Origin: an uncultured virus (IMG/VR IMGVR_UViG_3300025010_000041)
Taxonomy: Duplodnaviria > Heunggongvirae > Uroviricota > Caudoviricetes
Strand: one strand, 5' to 3'
Length of the DNA stretch: 64,000 bases
IMG/VR virus record: IMGVR_UViG_3300025010_000041
The notes under the pieces were generated by a model, which saw only the letters and a list, made by a program, of their open reading frames with translations, made no database searches and was not told the DNA's origin. Numbering within the stretch: position 1 is the first letter of the stretch; each line of letters opens with the position of its first letter. The position numbers were made by a program, and so were the translations under genes. Shown one piece after another: positions 9,786 to 19,665 of this stretch.

Positions 9786-10838
9786 CCCGCAAGAATTACA
9801 TCGCCATTGCAAGATCGGGCGCACGTCTGACCAGCGTTATCAGCGGGGAAGGCGAGGAAGCCGCCCGCGTCGAAATCCGGCACGCCCTGGGCCTCAACCC
9901 CAGCCGCCAGACGGCGCTGCAAGCCTGGCAGTTGAACGGCGAGGCGCTGGAAGTTGAAACTCGCTTCGAGGCGGTCTATGATGACGGCGAGTTTGCCGGG
10001 TTCACCTATGCGCCGGACGAAGCGACCGCACGGGCAATGTTCGCCCGCCAGGACAATCCGTTTATGCGGCGCTGGCAGGACGGCAGGCAGGAGGTGAGGT
10101 CATGACCACCCTCTCTCTGCCTCCAACCGAATTGCTTATCGTTCGCCTCAACCGGTACGATGGACTGATGCTGCGATTGGCGAAATTCACGCTTGTCAAC
10201 GGGATACATGACGCCCGTCACTGGCTCCACTTCCGGCGCTACGAACTGCCGGGCACCCCGTTTGTCCTGACCGCCAATCGCGAGATTGACTCCGGCGGCG
10301 AGAAAGAGGATCGGGGGTATTACAGCCTCTCCGTTCTCTCGCCCTCGCACCGGATCGTTTACCTGCGCTGGCAGTTGGCGGTAGACGCCCGCGGCGAGCG
10401 CACCACCCTGGGCACCGCCGACCCCAAAGGCCACCCGTTTTTTATCAGCGACACGTTTTTAGCCTATCTCGCCACCGTTACGGGCGCGATTGAGGCGTGG
10501 GAACAGTCGGTAGGCGAGAGCATGGCAACCGCTCAAGAAAACCAGAACGACAAGATCACCCGCTTACTGCGGGAGGGAGCGAAGTTGAAATGACCCGTTA
10601 CTGTCTGTATATTCAGGATCGCACCGGCGAGGCGCTGCGCTTTGCCGGAGCCAAGCAGCAAGAGGACGCGGCTGAGTTGACCGCTGCCCGTTACGTGGTC
10701 GAAACCGGACTGCGAGCAGGATATCTGCCTCAGCCGTTCCTGGCGAAAACGATTGAGACGATCCCCGACAACCACCCCGGCTTAGTGCGCATGACCCCTC
10801 GCAGGGCAAGCACCGTGGTCACCGAGGCGCTCAAATGA
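9782..10838 (+). other. Three coupled hypothetical genes (9782-10105, 10102-10593, 10590-10838)
   Basis: ATGA stop/start overlaps with purine-rich RBS. Confidence 0.75.
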
Positions 10839-11050
10839 CCGGCACGCTTTGGTTTGACAATAACCCCAAGAAAAGCGCCACTCAAAAGATCGCGGAGGGG
10901 ATCGAGTTTTACCAAAACAAGTACGGCGCGACTGCCACCACCTGCTTTTGCCACCCCGAAACTCCCGATCTGCCGGGGGAGGTCAACGGCGTCAAAGTGG
11001 AGGTCACTCGTTCAATCAGGCCCAATCACTTCTGGATCGGGCAAGAATAG
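10835..11050 (+). CDS. Small conserved hypothetical protein (family I recall from Chloroflexota)
   Basis: LWFDN..KI...Y..KYG....C..HP...IRPNHFWIG. Confidence 0.7.
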   Translation: MTGTLWFDNNPKKSATQKIAEGIEFYQNKYGATATTCFCHPETPDLPGEVNGVKVEVTRSIRPNHFWIGQE

Positions 11051-11115
11051 GGGATACCGTAAACAAAATTTGTGTATACTGTAATCAATACTCAAACACT
11101 AACAGGAGAAAAATT

Positions 11116-11391
11116 ATGGACAATAAACATGGCGGCAGTCGAAAAGAAGCGGCAGAGAAGAACGGATCGAAAGTCGGCCCTCGCTTTCGCCACACGAATA
11201 CTCCGGGTATCACCCGGATGTTGAAAGTACGCACTACGGCGCTGGAGCAGGTCAACCTGCTGGCCGGCCTGCCGAAAGACAGTCGCGAGCGCACCGAGTT
11301 ACTGCTGAAACTGGCAGAGACGGTCAACGGGCTGACCCCCGACCAGTTGGAGCAGTTTGTCGCTCATATGACCGCTTTCCGCGTGGTGTAA
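11116..11391 (+). CDS. Hypothetical, possibly DNA-binding protein
   Basis: AGGAG RBS; basic HGGSRK N-terminus. Confidence 0.65.
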   Translation: MDNKHGGSRKEAAEKNGSKVGPRFRHTNTPGITRMLKVRTTALEQVNLLAGLPKDSRERTELLLKLAETVNGLTPDQLEQFVAHMTAFRVV

Positions 11392-11393
11392 CC

Positions 11394-11540
11394 GTGGAAA
11401 CCAAGACAACGATCACTATCCGCATTGGCGTGCTGATGCACCGCCGGCTTGACCGGCTGGCGCGCCAAGAAGGTGTGACGATCAGCGAGATTGTCCGGCG
11501 CTTGCTGGAATCGGCGCTGGAGAAAGAGGTGGCGAAGTGA
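11394..11540 (+). CDS. Ribbon-helix-helix (CopG-like) regulator, 48 aa, absent from the ORF track
   Basis: METKTTITIRIGVLMHRRLDRLARQEGVTISEIVRRLLESALE. Confidence 0.75.
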   Translation: METKTTITIRIGVLMHRRLDRLARQEGVTISEIVRRLLESALEKEVAK

Positions 11541-12511
11541 ACGCCGGCTTGTGCCCGATGTGCGAGGATCGCCAGTTAGCAGTTGTTACGCTTCCGGGGA
11601 CTGGTTACGTTCTGCGCTGCCCAGTATGCCTGATTGAGAGCGATATTTTTACCGATCTTGAAAATACAGATTGGGCGCGAGACAACCTACTGACCCGCTT
11701 TCACACTGCCGAAAAGACGCTATCGGCGGCAGTTCAAAAGACCAGCAATCTCTGGTTTGAGCCGCTGAAACGGGCGCTGAAACGAGAAGAATCAGGTCGA
11801 GCGCGAGAGAAAGCCTGGCGAGAGGCGGCAGAGTTCTACCGCGCCCGTGCTGCCGCCTGGAAGCTGGCGGCGAAGAAGTATCGGGCGCAAGCGAAGCCGG
11901 TAAAGAAGCAAACCGTAAGTCTCCAGGACGGCTATTTTCACGCCGATGGCTATCGCTATCTGCGCATGGGCAATGGTTATTCCGACTGGTGTGTGATCCG
12001 CTGTGGTTGCGACCTAATTGAGCCGCAAATCGCGGTAAACTTTGGCGACTCCAAGCAGTGCCCGATGTGTAAGACGGTCTACAAAGTCTCTGGCAAAGGC
12101 GAAGTGACCACCGTTCTGTATGGCGTTTGGCATGATCTGGGCGGCTTTAGCTATATGCTGGTCAATCGGGTCATGGGCGACTATCACTACGTAATCCGCT
12201 GCGAGTGTACCGTTCCTCAACCTCAGTTCGAGGTGCCGTTCAACGGCGCCAAAGAGTGCCCAAACTGCGGACGTGTATACAGCGTCTCACGGCAGGGCGC
12301 GCTGACCACTCAGGGCGCGGCGAAGATCGCACCCCGGCAAAGCGGCTTTATGTGGGAAGTGGTAGACATCGGAATTGCCGGACTGATAATAAACTGTCAC
12401 CTGAACCACGAAAACACTCCGATCAGAGTGTACTTAGGCGGGAGCGCCCACTGCCCCGGTTGCGGGCGCACCTTTCGAGCGGCGAAAGATCGCACGGTGA
12501 CGGTTGGATGA
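11537..12511 (+). CDS. Multi-Zn-ribbon protein with a Lar-like N-terminal Cys motif and three Cys repeats
   Basis: CPMC..CPVC; repeated IRCxC..CPxCxxxY/F units; paralogous to 47071-47607. Confidence 0.7.
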   Translation: MNAGLCPMCEDRQLAVVTLPGTGYVLRCPVCLIESDIFTDLENTDWARDNLLTRFHTAEKTLSAAVQKTSNLWFEPLKRALKREESGRAREKAWREAAEFYRARAAAWKLAAKKYRAQAKPVKKQTVSLQDGYFHADGYRYLRMGNGYSDWCVIRCGCDLIEPQIAVNFGDSKQCPMCKTVYKVSGKGEVTTVLYGVWHDLGGFSYMLVNRVMGDYHYVIRCECTVPQPQFEVPFNGAKECPNCGRVYSVSRQGALTTQGAAKIAPRQSGFMWEVVDIGIAGLIINCHLNHENTPIRVYLGGSAHCPGCGRTFRAAKDRTVTVG

Positions 12512-12795
12512 CCACCTTCGAGCGTGAAGTCGTCAATGCCCTGGCCGCCTGCCGCTTGCAACCACTGTCAAGCGACAAGCGGTTTGTGGTATCGGTCGGC
12601 AAGTTGAAACCCGACACCAGCCTCTCCGAGAAACAGTTGGCCTGGCTTCACGCTCTGGGCTGGAAGTATCGCAAACAACTACTGCGGCACGGCGTAGGCA
12701 TTCCCGACACCTGGCGCAATGACACCCATTCTGTCCAGGTGGACAGCCTGGAAGAAAACAAGAAACTCGAAAAATGGATTGAGGCGAGTAAATAA
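12508..12795 (+). CDS. Hypothetical protein
   Basis: ATGA overlap; LSEKQLAWL..WKYRKQL. Confidence 0.7.
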   Translation: MTTFEREVVNALAACRLQPLSSDKRFVVSVGKLKPDTSLSEKQLAWLHALGWKYRKQLLRHGVGIPDTWRNDTHSVQVDSLEENKKLEKWIEASK

Positions 12796-12815
12796 GACGC
12801 CGGCAGTTCGTTTAC

Positions 12816-12925
12816 TTGCCGAAATCGCCGGGGATCGGTTATAATCTCACCTGCTTCACTACGCCTCCGAAGCATGTTTGGGCTAAAGGCCCGCCAGTCA
12901 TTCACTCGCTGGCGGGCCGACTTCT
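12816..12925 (+). ncRNA. Candidate sRNA A with its own promoter
   Basis: TTGCCG-18-TATAAT; hairpin 12852-12874 (loop ACTACGCCTCC); hairpin 12888-12918 (loop TCATTCACTCG). Confidence 0.5.
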
Positions 12926-12935
12926 TGAATAGGGG

Positions 12936-13030
12936 TTGACAAATTCAAGTATTGCGCATAGAATACAAGAGCGTTTCCAAGCGTCACGGCCTCAGCAGGC
13001 TCCTCTCTTGCTGAGGCCGTGGCTATTTAA
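12936..13030 (+). ncRNA. Candidate sRNA B with its own promoter
   Basis: TTGACA-17-TAGAAT; 15-bp stem 12985-13021 with loop CTCCTCT. Confidence 0.55.
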
Positions 13031-13034
13031 CCTC

Positions 13035-13062
13035 TTGACACCCCGCTTGATTGTGGTAAACT
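13035..13062 (+). promoter_or_regulatory. CTTGA-box promoter
   Basis: TTGACA-16-TAAACT, CTTGA 13046. Confidence 0.9.
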
Positions 13063-13087
13063 AGACTATGAAAGAGAGGATAAAACC

Positions 13088-13804
13088 ATGAGCGAAACTG
13101 ATGTCAATATTGTTCCTGTATTCGTAAAGACCCCCGGCGACGGGCCGGAGGGCGTGCAAATCACGTCTGTGGGCATGGAAGTCGGCGGCAAGCGTCCGCT
13201 GAAAGTGCAATACTCAGGCGTGGAGGGTAAGGCGTCTGTCTGGAACCGGGTCGGGCCTGGCATTGACAACGCCACCCTGAGCGCCGGTTTGCAGGCGCAA
13301 AAGTCACTGGTGCTGAGTGTTTTGGCGCAGTTGATGGAGGAAGGCGCAGAGATTATCGCCGGAACGTCTGTCTACTGCCGTCAAGAGACGTTTCTGAATA
13401 TTCCAGTATTTGACGCTGAGGGGCCGACTGTGGTCACTGGCGAAGTGGCGCACACGGTCAAAGGCAAAGCCAGCGCACCGGTTGCACCGATTGCTTACAC
13501 CCTGCCTGAGTACAAGGTGGTTGACGCTGCCGAGGCCAAAAAAGTCGTCAAAGTCACCGCCAACGGTCATACCGCCTATGGCGACATGACTGCCGCTGAG
13601 TTGGCCGAGACGATTGACCGGATTGAAGAAGCGATGCTCAGCCACATGATTGACAAGATCGCCCTGCCAGTTGGGGCGACGATGGAGATGATGGAGTATC
13701 GGCGCAACGCAGCCATGACCCTGTACGCCCTCAAGCGCGGCAACGAAGAACCCGCCCGCAACGGCGCTGACGGATGGCATGACCCCCAGAACGGTATGCC
13801 GTAA
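13088..13804 (+). CDS. Hypothetical protein
   Basis: AGAGAGGA RBS, 238 aa. Confidence 0.8.
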   Translation: MSETDVNIVPVFVKTPGDGPEGVQITSVGMEVGGKRPLKVQYSGVEGKASVWNRVGPGIDNATLSAGLQAQKSLVLSVLAQLMEEGAEIIAGTSVYCRQETFLNIPVFDAEGPTVVTGEVAHTVKGKASAPVAPIAYTLPEYKVVDAAEAKKVVKVTANGHTAYGDMTAAELAETIDRIEEAMLSHMIDKIALPVGATMEMMEYRRNAAMTLYALKRGNEEPARNGADGWHDPQNGMP

Positions 13805-13916
13805 AATAGGAGGTAAAACCCAAGATAAAAACAAAAGCGACAATTCAATCGGCCCCGGACTGCCAACGGGGCCACCAAACAAAACAACAATAACATTTTG
13901 AATAGGAGTTGATACC

Positions 13917-15260
13917 ATGCCAATCGAAGGCATTACCGATAAGGTTGACCGCCGTAACCGCTCTATGCGGATCGGCGTACTTCACAAAGGCGCCGAAAAG
14001 CAGCCGAACGCCCCAGGCCGCGAACTGCCCTACTTCCGCTTTGACGCGAAGGGCAATACCGAACTGCAAGCCGCCTTTACCAAACTCTACGGCCCGGAGC
14101 CGACTGAAATTCCCTGTTTCCTGCCCGATGAAATCCCGCTCAAGAACTTCTCGCAGTGGTGCGAAATCTGGCACGGCCCGATGCTGGTTCATCGTTGCAC
14201 CGGAAAAAACGTTGTACTCTGGCAAGAGCAGGTCAAAATGCCAAGCGGCAAAATGTCGGCCATTTATCGCACCGGCAGTAAGCCGTGTGACCCCCGCGAA
14301 CATATTCGCAAAGGCAACGAGGATGGCGACCCTCTGGGTGACAAAGTTGGACGGCTGGAAGTGGTTCTGGCCTATCGCCACCCGTCAGGCCAATACATTC
14401 CCGCTTTTTGGGAGTTGGGGATCATGGGAACCGTGACCCTGCAAACGGGCGGGTTCAATGACATTGACCAGATTTTAGGCGAACTCGAAAAGCGTCAAAG
14501 CACGCGTGAGATCGACATGGCAACCGGCGAGGTGCTGTATGATCGGCCCATTCCGTTCATCTTGCGCCGCGTCAAGAATAAACGCAGTTACGACGACAAC
14601 GGCACGCGCAAGACCACCTCGAAGATTGACGCGTTTCTCTACGTGGCAGAGGATTACCGCAAAGACAAGTTTGCCGCTCTGTGGGCTGGCGTGTCCATTG
14701 CGAACACCCTGCCCGCCGGTAGCAACACTGGTGCCGCCCATCTCCCCCCCGGCAAACCCGCCGCCGCTCAGCCGAAGGCGCAACCGCCAAAGCAGCAGTC
14801 CCAGGCCCACCAACCACCCCCGCCCGACGACGTGATCGAAGGCGAGTACGTTGTTCCCGACTTCGAGACACCTAAAGCCGCCGACGAAATGGGCAAGAAG
14901 CTCTGGCCCGGTGGGAAATGGGGCGAGGTGCGCGGTAAGCTCGTCAAAGACCCCGCTATCTGGGACGAAGCTGATATGGTGCGCTTCACAACCAAGCGCG
15001 CCGCCGAAATCGCTGACCGCGCCAAGTTGAGCGACCACATCGCCAAAGGCTGGCCGATCAACGGCAGCGGCGATTGGGTGGCAGAGGTCTTACAAGAGTT
15101 CAACGTGTCGGTTGACACGCTGGGACTCAACCCCGATCCGCTGAACGTGATCGCCGGAGCAGTCGCGGCCTGGACGCGCAAGCAACAGGAAGGCGGCGAC
15201 AAGTTGAGCGCAAGCGACCTGGCAAACATCGTCTTTGCCAGCGCCTGCCCGCAGGACTAA
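13917..15260 (+). CDS. Gp3-like / recombination directionality factor-like protein
   Basis: IGVLHKG..ELPYFRF..F..LYG..P..I; HRC; GRLEVVL; IPFILRR; Pro/Gln linker. Confidence 0.65.
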   Translation: MPIEGITDKVDRRNRSMRIGVLHKGAEKQPNAPGRELPYFRFDAKGNTELQAAFTKLYGPEPTEIPCFLPDEIPLKNFSQWCEIWHGPMLVHRCTGKNVVLWQEQVKMPSGKMSAIYRTGSKPCDPREHIRKGNEDGDPLGDKVGRLEVVLAYRHPSGQYIPAFWELGIMGTVTLQTGGFNDIDQILGELEKRQSTREIDMATGEVLYDRPIPFILRRVKNKRSYDDNGTRKTTSKIDAFLYVAEDYRKDKFAALWAGVSIANTLPAGSNTGAAHLPPGKPAAAQPKAQPPKQQSQAHQPPPPDDVIEGEYVVPDFETPKAADEMGKKLWPGGKWGEVRGKLVKDPAIWDEADMVRFTTKRAAEIADRAKLSDHIAKGWPINGSGDWVAEVLQEFNVSVDTLGLNPDPLNVIAGAVAAWTRKQQEGGDKLSASDLANIVFASACPQD

Positions 15261-15292
15261 CCAAAAGCGGGTGGCAAGTGCAAATTGGGGGC

Positions 15293-15321
15293 TTGTCACC
15301 CGCTCTTGATTGTAGTAAACT
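15293..15321 (+). promoter_or_regulatory. CTTGA-box promoter
   Basis: TTGTCA-17-TAAACT, CTTGA 15305. Confidence 0.85.
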
Positions 15322-15341
15322 GGAAAGCAAGAGGAAAAACC

Positions 15342-16342
15342 ATGAACATTCAAGAATACCTGAACGGCGTGAAAGATCGCCAGATTGCCAAAGAACTGAA
15401 AGACGCCGAGCCGACTATCGAATTTGCCACTCAGACGGCTAACCTGCCGGAGCCGCTGCGCCCCTATCACAAGTACACCGGATACGACTATACCCGGTTG
15501 GAACTGCCAAACTGCGACCCGATCCGATTAAACTGGCCCGACAGAGACAGCGGATCGGGCAGTTACGAAGTTGAGCGCCTGGACTACCAGACTGAAAATA
15601 TCAGCTTCCACACCTACTACGATCTCGAAGAAGCCATTTTTGCCGCTCAGGATAGCACGTTCGAAGAAGCGAAAGAGCATTACTCGAACGAAAAGCTCTT
15701 AGAAATCGCAGAAAATCAGTTCGCCAACCGAGACAATGGACGCTGCAAAACCGCCTCTCTACTTGTGATCGCCCGCGTTCTGGCGAGAGGGGGCAAGTGA
15801 TGCAAGCCGAAAAACTGGAAATCCTGCGCAGCCGCAAGGCGGAACGGGCAGAGTTGAAAGCCCGAATCGAAATCCACTTACCCGCCGCGATTGAAACTCG
15901 CACGCTGGCAATCACGCCGGACGTCTGGCCCGGCAGCAACGAGGACGGGCGCAAGTTGAGCAAAGCCCGCATTATGGCCGCTGATGAAATCCTGCCGGGA
16001 CTGGCAGAGAGCCTGCGAACGGCGAAAGCCCGCCTGCTGGCAGTTGACGCCGAAATTGAGAGCCTGGAAGATGATCGGCGCGAGGAAGAACGTCAGGGCC
16101 GTTCGATGCTGGCGTATGCACTTTACACCGCCAATGTTCGCATAGAAAACGGCGCGCCGCTAGACGTGGCGAGTTTCTCCGCCGCGGCCTCTGCGAAAGC
16201 GGAAGAATTGGTTGGGAAGCGGGCACAAGCGCAGTTGAACCAGCCCGTTGTCTATCCACAAGCCCGGCCACCGCGAATAGTCACGAATAATCAAGCGGCC
16301 TACAACGAACTCACCGCCTCCGAACCCGAAATCCCGTTCTAA
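15342..16342 (+). other. Two hypothetical genes (15342-15800; 15797-16342, coiled-coil ending EPEIPF)
   Basis: RBS and GTGA overlap; acidic ..IPF tail like SSB C-termini. Confidence 0.75.
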
Positions 16343-16370
16343 GAAAAATATCACCCCCAACGTAACCACG

Positions 16371-16396
16371 CCGGACAGGCGCAACAGCCTGTCCGG
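16371..16396. other. Perfect 10-bp hairpin upstream of the helicase-like gene
   Basis: CCGGACAGGC-GCAACA-GCCTGTCCGG. Confidence 0.7.
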
Positions 16397-16414
16397 TAGT
16401 AGAATTAGAGGCAG

Positions 16415-18547
16415 ATGGAAACGCAAACCCCCGCCGAAGTTACTACAGAGTCGGGCGCTCAAACACCCGAAAAAAAGAGCATTCGCAGTTATATCGCCGC
16501 GCTTGCCGATGAACTGCGCAAAGAGCGCGAGTATTGGCAGGGCTATCAGTGGGAAAGAGACTTACCCGAACCACCAGAACCCCCCAGGCCCGACCATTAC
16601 CGCTTGCAGTGGGTTGACGCCGAAGCGGGCGAACAGCAGTCGGCTATCACGCTCACTGAGGCCCGTAAGCAAATCGCTAACGCTATGGGCGAGTACGTTC
16701 TGGAAGATAAGCCGGGACGCATGATGTTGGTACGCGCCCAGCCTGGCGTGGGTAAAACCCATGCCGCGGTAGAGATCGCACAAATGGCGGCCTCTCTCGG
16801 AATGCGGGTGCTGTACGCCATGCCCACCCACGCCCACTTTGACACGCTGGCCGCTATGCCTCACTTCGACGGCAGAATGTGGTATCACTGGCTATCTTAC
16901 TCCGCGACCAACCCCGACACCGGCGAGCCGATGTGTAAATTCTCGGAGACGTTCACTGCCTGGACAAAGAAAGGCTATCCGGGGATCAAACTCTGTGACA
17001 GTCTTTGCGCTATGTACAAAGCGCAGTGCCCCTATCGGCAACAGGCGCACGTGGTGCGCAAGATCATTGCCGGCACGCATAATCACTTGTCGCTGGGGCT
17101 GGCGATTGACGACTTCGACCTGGTGATTATTGACGAATTGCCGATGGGCGCTTTCCTCAAGAAGCGAGAAATCCCAAGAGACGGGATACAGGTCAAAGAC
17201 GCCGGCCCGGTTGGGTTGCTGGGAAAGTTCCTAAAATCCGTACCGCTGGGAGATAAAGAGTCGCTGCGAGGCCGCGACCTGATGGAGCGCACCGCCGATT
17301 GGCTGGAGGATGCCGCCGAACAGGTCGCCGAGTACAAAGAGTTGGAGATGCCCTGGATCAGCAAGCCGGAGAACGTGGACGGTGTGGGCTATCACTATCT
17401 GCCCGATCTGCTGCGCTTGTCAGTTGGAGAAGTGGCGGCCTACCGAGCGGGGCAGGCGGCATGGTTGGAGCGGATCATTCTCGATAGCCGGCACCTGACG
17501 CTCTACCAAAGAGCGGAGCCGTGGGCAAAATTACCGGGACACGTGATCGCCCTGGACGCCACCGGCAACGCCGAAGCCTATTCGTATTTACTACGGCGCA
17601 AAGTGGAAGTGGTCAAGCCCAACGTTGAGCGAGTTGGGCGGGTCTATCAGGTAGTTAGCCGCTTGAACGGGATCGGGCTGATGATCGCCAAGATCAAAGA
17701 TAGCAATGGCAAATGGCGACAGTCTCTCGGACTGCATGGGCGGGACATGCTGGAACTGTGCATCGCTATCAAAGAGTTGAAGAAATACAAGCGGGTTGGG
17801 ATTGTGACATTCTTGGGGGGAGTGGCTGAGTTTGCCGAAGTGTTCGGGGAAGAAAATGTGCTGCACTTCTACGGGCAGCGGGGATCGAATAATCTAGTCG
17901 GGGTTGACGCCCTGTTCGTGGTCGGCTGTCCGCAACCGGCAGATTCGGCGCTGATGGACACGGTCAAAATGCTCAAAGACCGGCGCATGAGACCGTTCAC
18001 CCTGAATGAGGCTGACGGCACGTTTTTACCGGCGCGCTGCGAAATGCCGCGCCGTTACCAGATATTCCGAGACGGTACTCAGGCCGAGCGCATGGTTAGC
18101 GGCTTTTGGCGTGACGGCGACCTGGAAGTAGTGGCAGACGTCTATCGCAAAGAAGAACTCGAACAGGCCATTCACCGGGCGAGGCCGATCAATTATGACT
18201 GTGACGTGTGGCTGCTGACTTCCACGCCCACGGCTGAGACGCTGACCGAAATCTACGATCAACCGGAGGAAATCTTCGGCAACCCCCCGGTCGGCTGGAA
18301 AGCCTGGATCAAAATCAAGAAAGCGATTCCGGCCTGGCAAGCGGCAGGCACCCGGATTGACTACGCCGAAGTCTCGCAAGTGACGGGTCTCTCAGAGTCG
18401 TACATGCGACGGGTCAAGATATTGGCAGAGATACTCAAAGCCTGGCCCGAAGAATTTGAGGTTGCGGCATTGCAAACCACCAAACAGGGCCGGCCAAAAA
18501 CAGAGATCGTGGCGAGACCTGAAATTCCTGAGATTGACTGGATTTGA
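16415..18547 (+). CDS. SF2 helicase-like replication/origin-binding protein with a Cys cluster
   Basis: Walker A AQPGVGKTH, Walker B IIDE, LDATG, QAIHRAR; C..C..C..CPY cluster; helical C-terminus. Confidence 0.7.
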   Translation: METQTPAEVTTESGAQTPEKKSIRSYIAALADELRKEREYWQGYQWERDLPEPPEPPRPDHYRLQWVDAEAGEQQSAITLTEARKQIANAMGEYVLEDKPGRMMLVRAQPGVGKTHAAVEIAQMAASLGMRVLYAMPTHAHFDTLAAMPHFDGRMWYHWLSYSATNPDTGEPMCKFSETFTAWTKKGYPGIKLCDSLCAMYKAQCPYRQQAHVVRKIIAGTHNHLSLGLAIDDFDLVIIDELPMGAFLKKREIPRDGIQVKDAGPVGLLGKFLKSVPLGDKESLRGRDLMERTADWLEDAAEQVAEYKELEMPWISKPENVDGVGYHYLPDLLRLSVGEVAAYRAGQAAWLERIILDSRHLTLYQRAEPWAKLPGHVIALDATGNAEAYSYLLRRKVEVVKPNVERVGRVYQVVSRLNGIGLMIAKIKDSNGKWRQSLGLHGRDMLELCIAIKELKKYKRVGIVTFLGGVAEFAEVFGEENVLHFYGQRGSNNLVGVDALFVVGCPQPADSALMDTVKMLKDRRMRPFTLNEADGTFLPARCEMPRRYQIFRDGTQAERMVSGFWRDGDLEVVADVYRKEELEQAIHRARPINYDCDVWLLTSTPTAETLTEIYDQPEEIFGNPPVGWKAWIKIKKAIPAWQAAGTRIDYAEVSQVTGLSESYMRRVKILAEILKAWPEEFEVAALQTTKQGRPKTEIVARPEIPEIDWI

Positions 18548-18548
18548 C

Positions 18549-19205
18549 ATGAGATACTTGTACCCATCAGGCGGTGAACTTCCAGCCGGTTTTGCTGGCT
18601 ATCTTGTAAGCTATAAAACCAAAGGCATACCAGAGGCGATTAGAAACGGCGCGGCGTGGGCGGGCGACAATTGCTCATTCTCCGGTTTTGACGCGCTGGC
18701 GTTCTCTCTCTGGCTTGATTTGATGCAACCCTATAGGGCGACCTGTTTGTTTGTCGTTGTGCCCGACGTGGTCGGGAATGCCGTAGAGACGCTGAAACTG
18801 TGGGGCGAATGGGCAAGAGAGATAAATTATCCTCTCGCTTATGTGGCGCAGGATGGAGCGGAAAACCTACTAATCCCCGACAATTGCTCTGCCGTTTTTA
18901 TCGGCGGGTCTACCGAGTGGAAGATGAGCAATCGGGCAATAGACGTTATCGGGCGGGCGGTTGGACTTGGTAAGCGCGTCCATGTCGGGCGCGTCAATTA
19001 TTTCAGACGATACCAGCACTTCGCTGGATTAACCGGAGCGGACGGCTTCACGTGTGACGGCACGCGCCTCCGCTTCGAGCGAGATAAGGCCATAGCGGCG
19101 TGGAGCGAATATCATGACAGAGCGAAACAAACAAATATTTTTGATTGGACTTTACCTGACGGCGATTATTCTGGCAAACCTATCGAGCGCCCATTTTGGC
19201 CCTAG
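18549..19205 (+). CDS. TGT/DpdA-like transglycosylase (candidate 7-deazaguanine insertion enzyme)
   Basis: DNCSF, PDVVGN, YVAQDG, FIGG, HVGRVN, CDGT follow TGT-barrel motif order; adjacent VUT transporter. Confidence 0.6.
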   Translation: MRYLYPSGGELPAGFAGYLVSYKTKGIPEAIRNGAAWAGDNCSFSGFDALAFSLWLDLMQPYRATCLFVVVPDVVGNAVETLKLWGEWAREINYPLAYVAQDGAENLLIPDNCSAVFIGGSTEWKMSNRAIDVIGRAVGLGKRVHVGRVNYFRRYQHFAGLTGADGFTCDGTRLRFERDKAIAAWSEYHDRAKQTNIFDWTLPDGDYSGKPIERPFWP

Positions 19206-19611
19206 CGCGTCAATTGTCAATGCGTTTTTATTCATTGGGCTTGACCTGACAAGCCGGGACAAGCTGCATGATCTTTGGCGCGGTCATTTGCTGCGCAATA
19301 TGGCGGCGCTGATTATGGCGGGCAGTCTAATCAGTTGGGTGCTAAACCACGGGGCGGGCAGAATTGCAATAGCGTCTATGGTTGCGTTTGCAGTAGCGGC
19401 GGTTGCTGACGCTGTTGTTTACCACCTGCTCAAAGAAAAATCCTATCTGGTTCGCGTCAACGGATCGAATGTTATAGGAGCGGCGCTGGATAGCTTGATA
19501 TTCCCGACAATTGCATTTGGTGGATTTATGCCGCTAGTGACGATGGGGCAGTTTGCCGCCAAAGTTGCGGGCGGTTTTATTTGGGGCTGGATACTCAAAA
19601 GTCGAGATTGA
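19114..19611 (+). CDS. VUT/YhhQ-like queuosine-precursor transporter
   Basis: Multi-TM; LANL, LTSRD, RIAIASMVAF, SNVIGAALDSLIFPTIAFG, GQFAAK. Confidence 0.8.
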   Translation: MTERNKQIFLIGLYLTAIILANLSSAHFGPSASIVNAFLFIGLDLTSRDKLHDLWRGHLLRNMAALIMAGSLISWVLNHGAGRIAIASMVAFAVAAVADAVVYHLLKEKSYLVRVNGSNVIGAALDSLIFPTIAFGGFMPLVTMGQFAAKVAGGFIWGWILKSRD

Positions 19612-19625
19612 TTGGATTTGACAGG

Positions 19626-19642
19626 CTTGATTGTGGTATAAT
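19626..19642 (+). promoter_or_regulatory. CTTGA-box extended -10 promoter
   Basis: CTTGATTGTGGTATAAT; TTGACA only 13 nt upstream of the -10. Confidence 0.85.
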
Positions 19643-19665
19643 CTATAGCGAGAGGACAAAAGCAC

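Noticed and set aside
13805..13916. Orphan AGGAGGT, A-rich tract and GGCCCCG/CGGGGCC hairpin
   Set aside because: No start codon follows and there is no second copy; possibly a dead mini-ORF or processing site, too weak to call.
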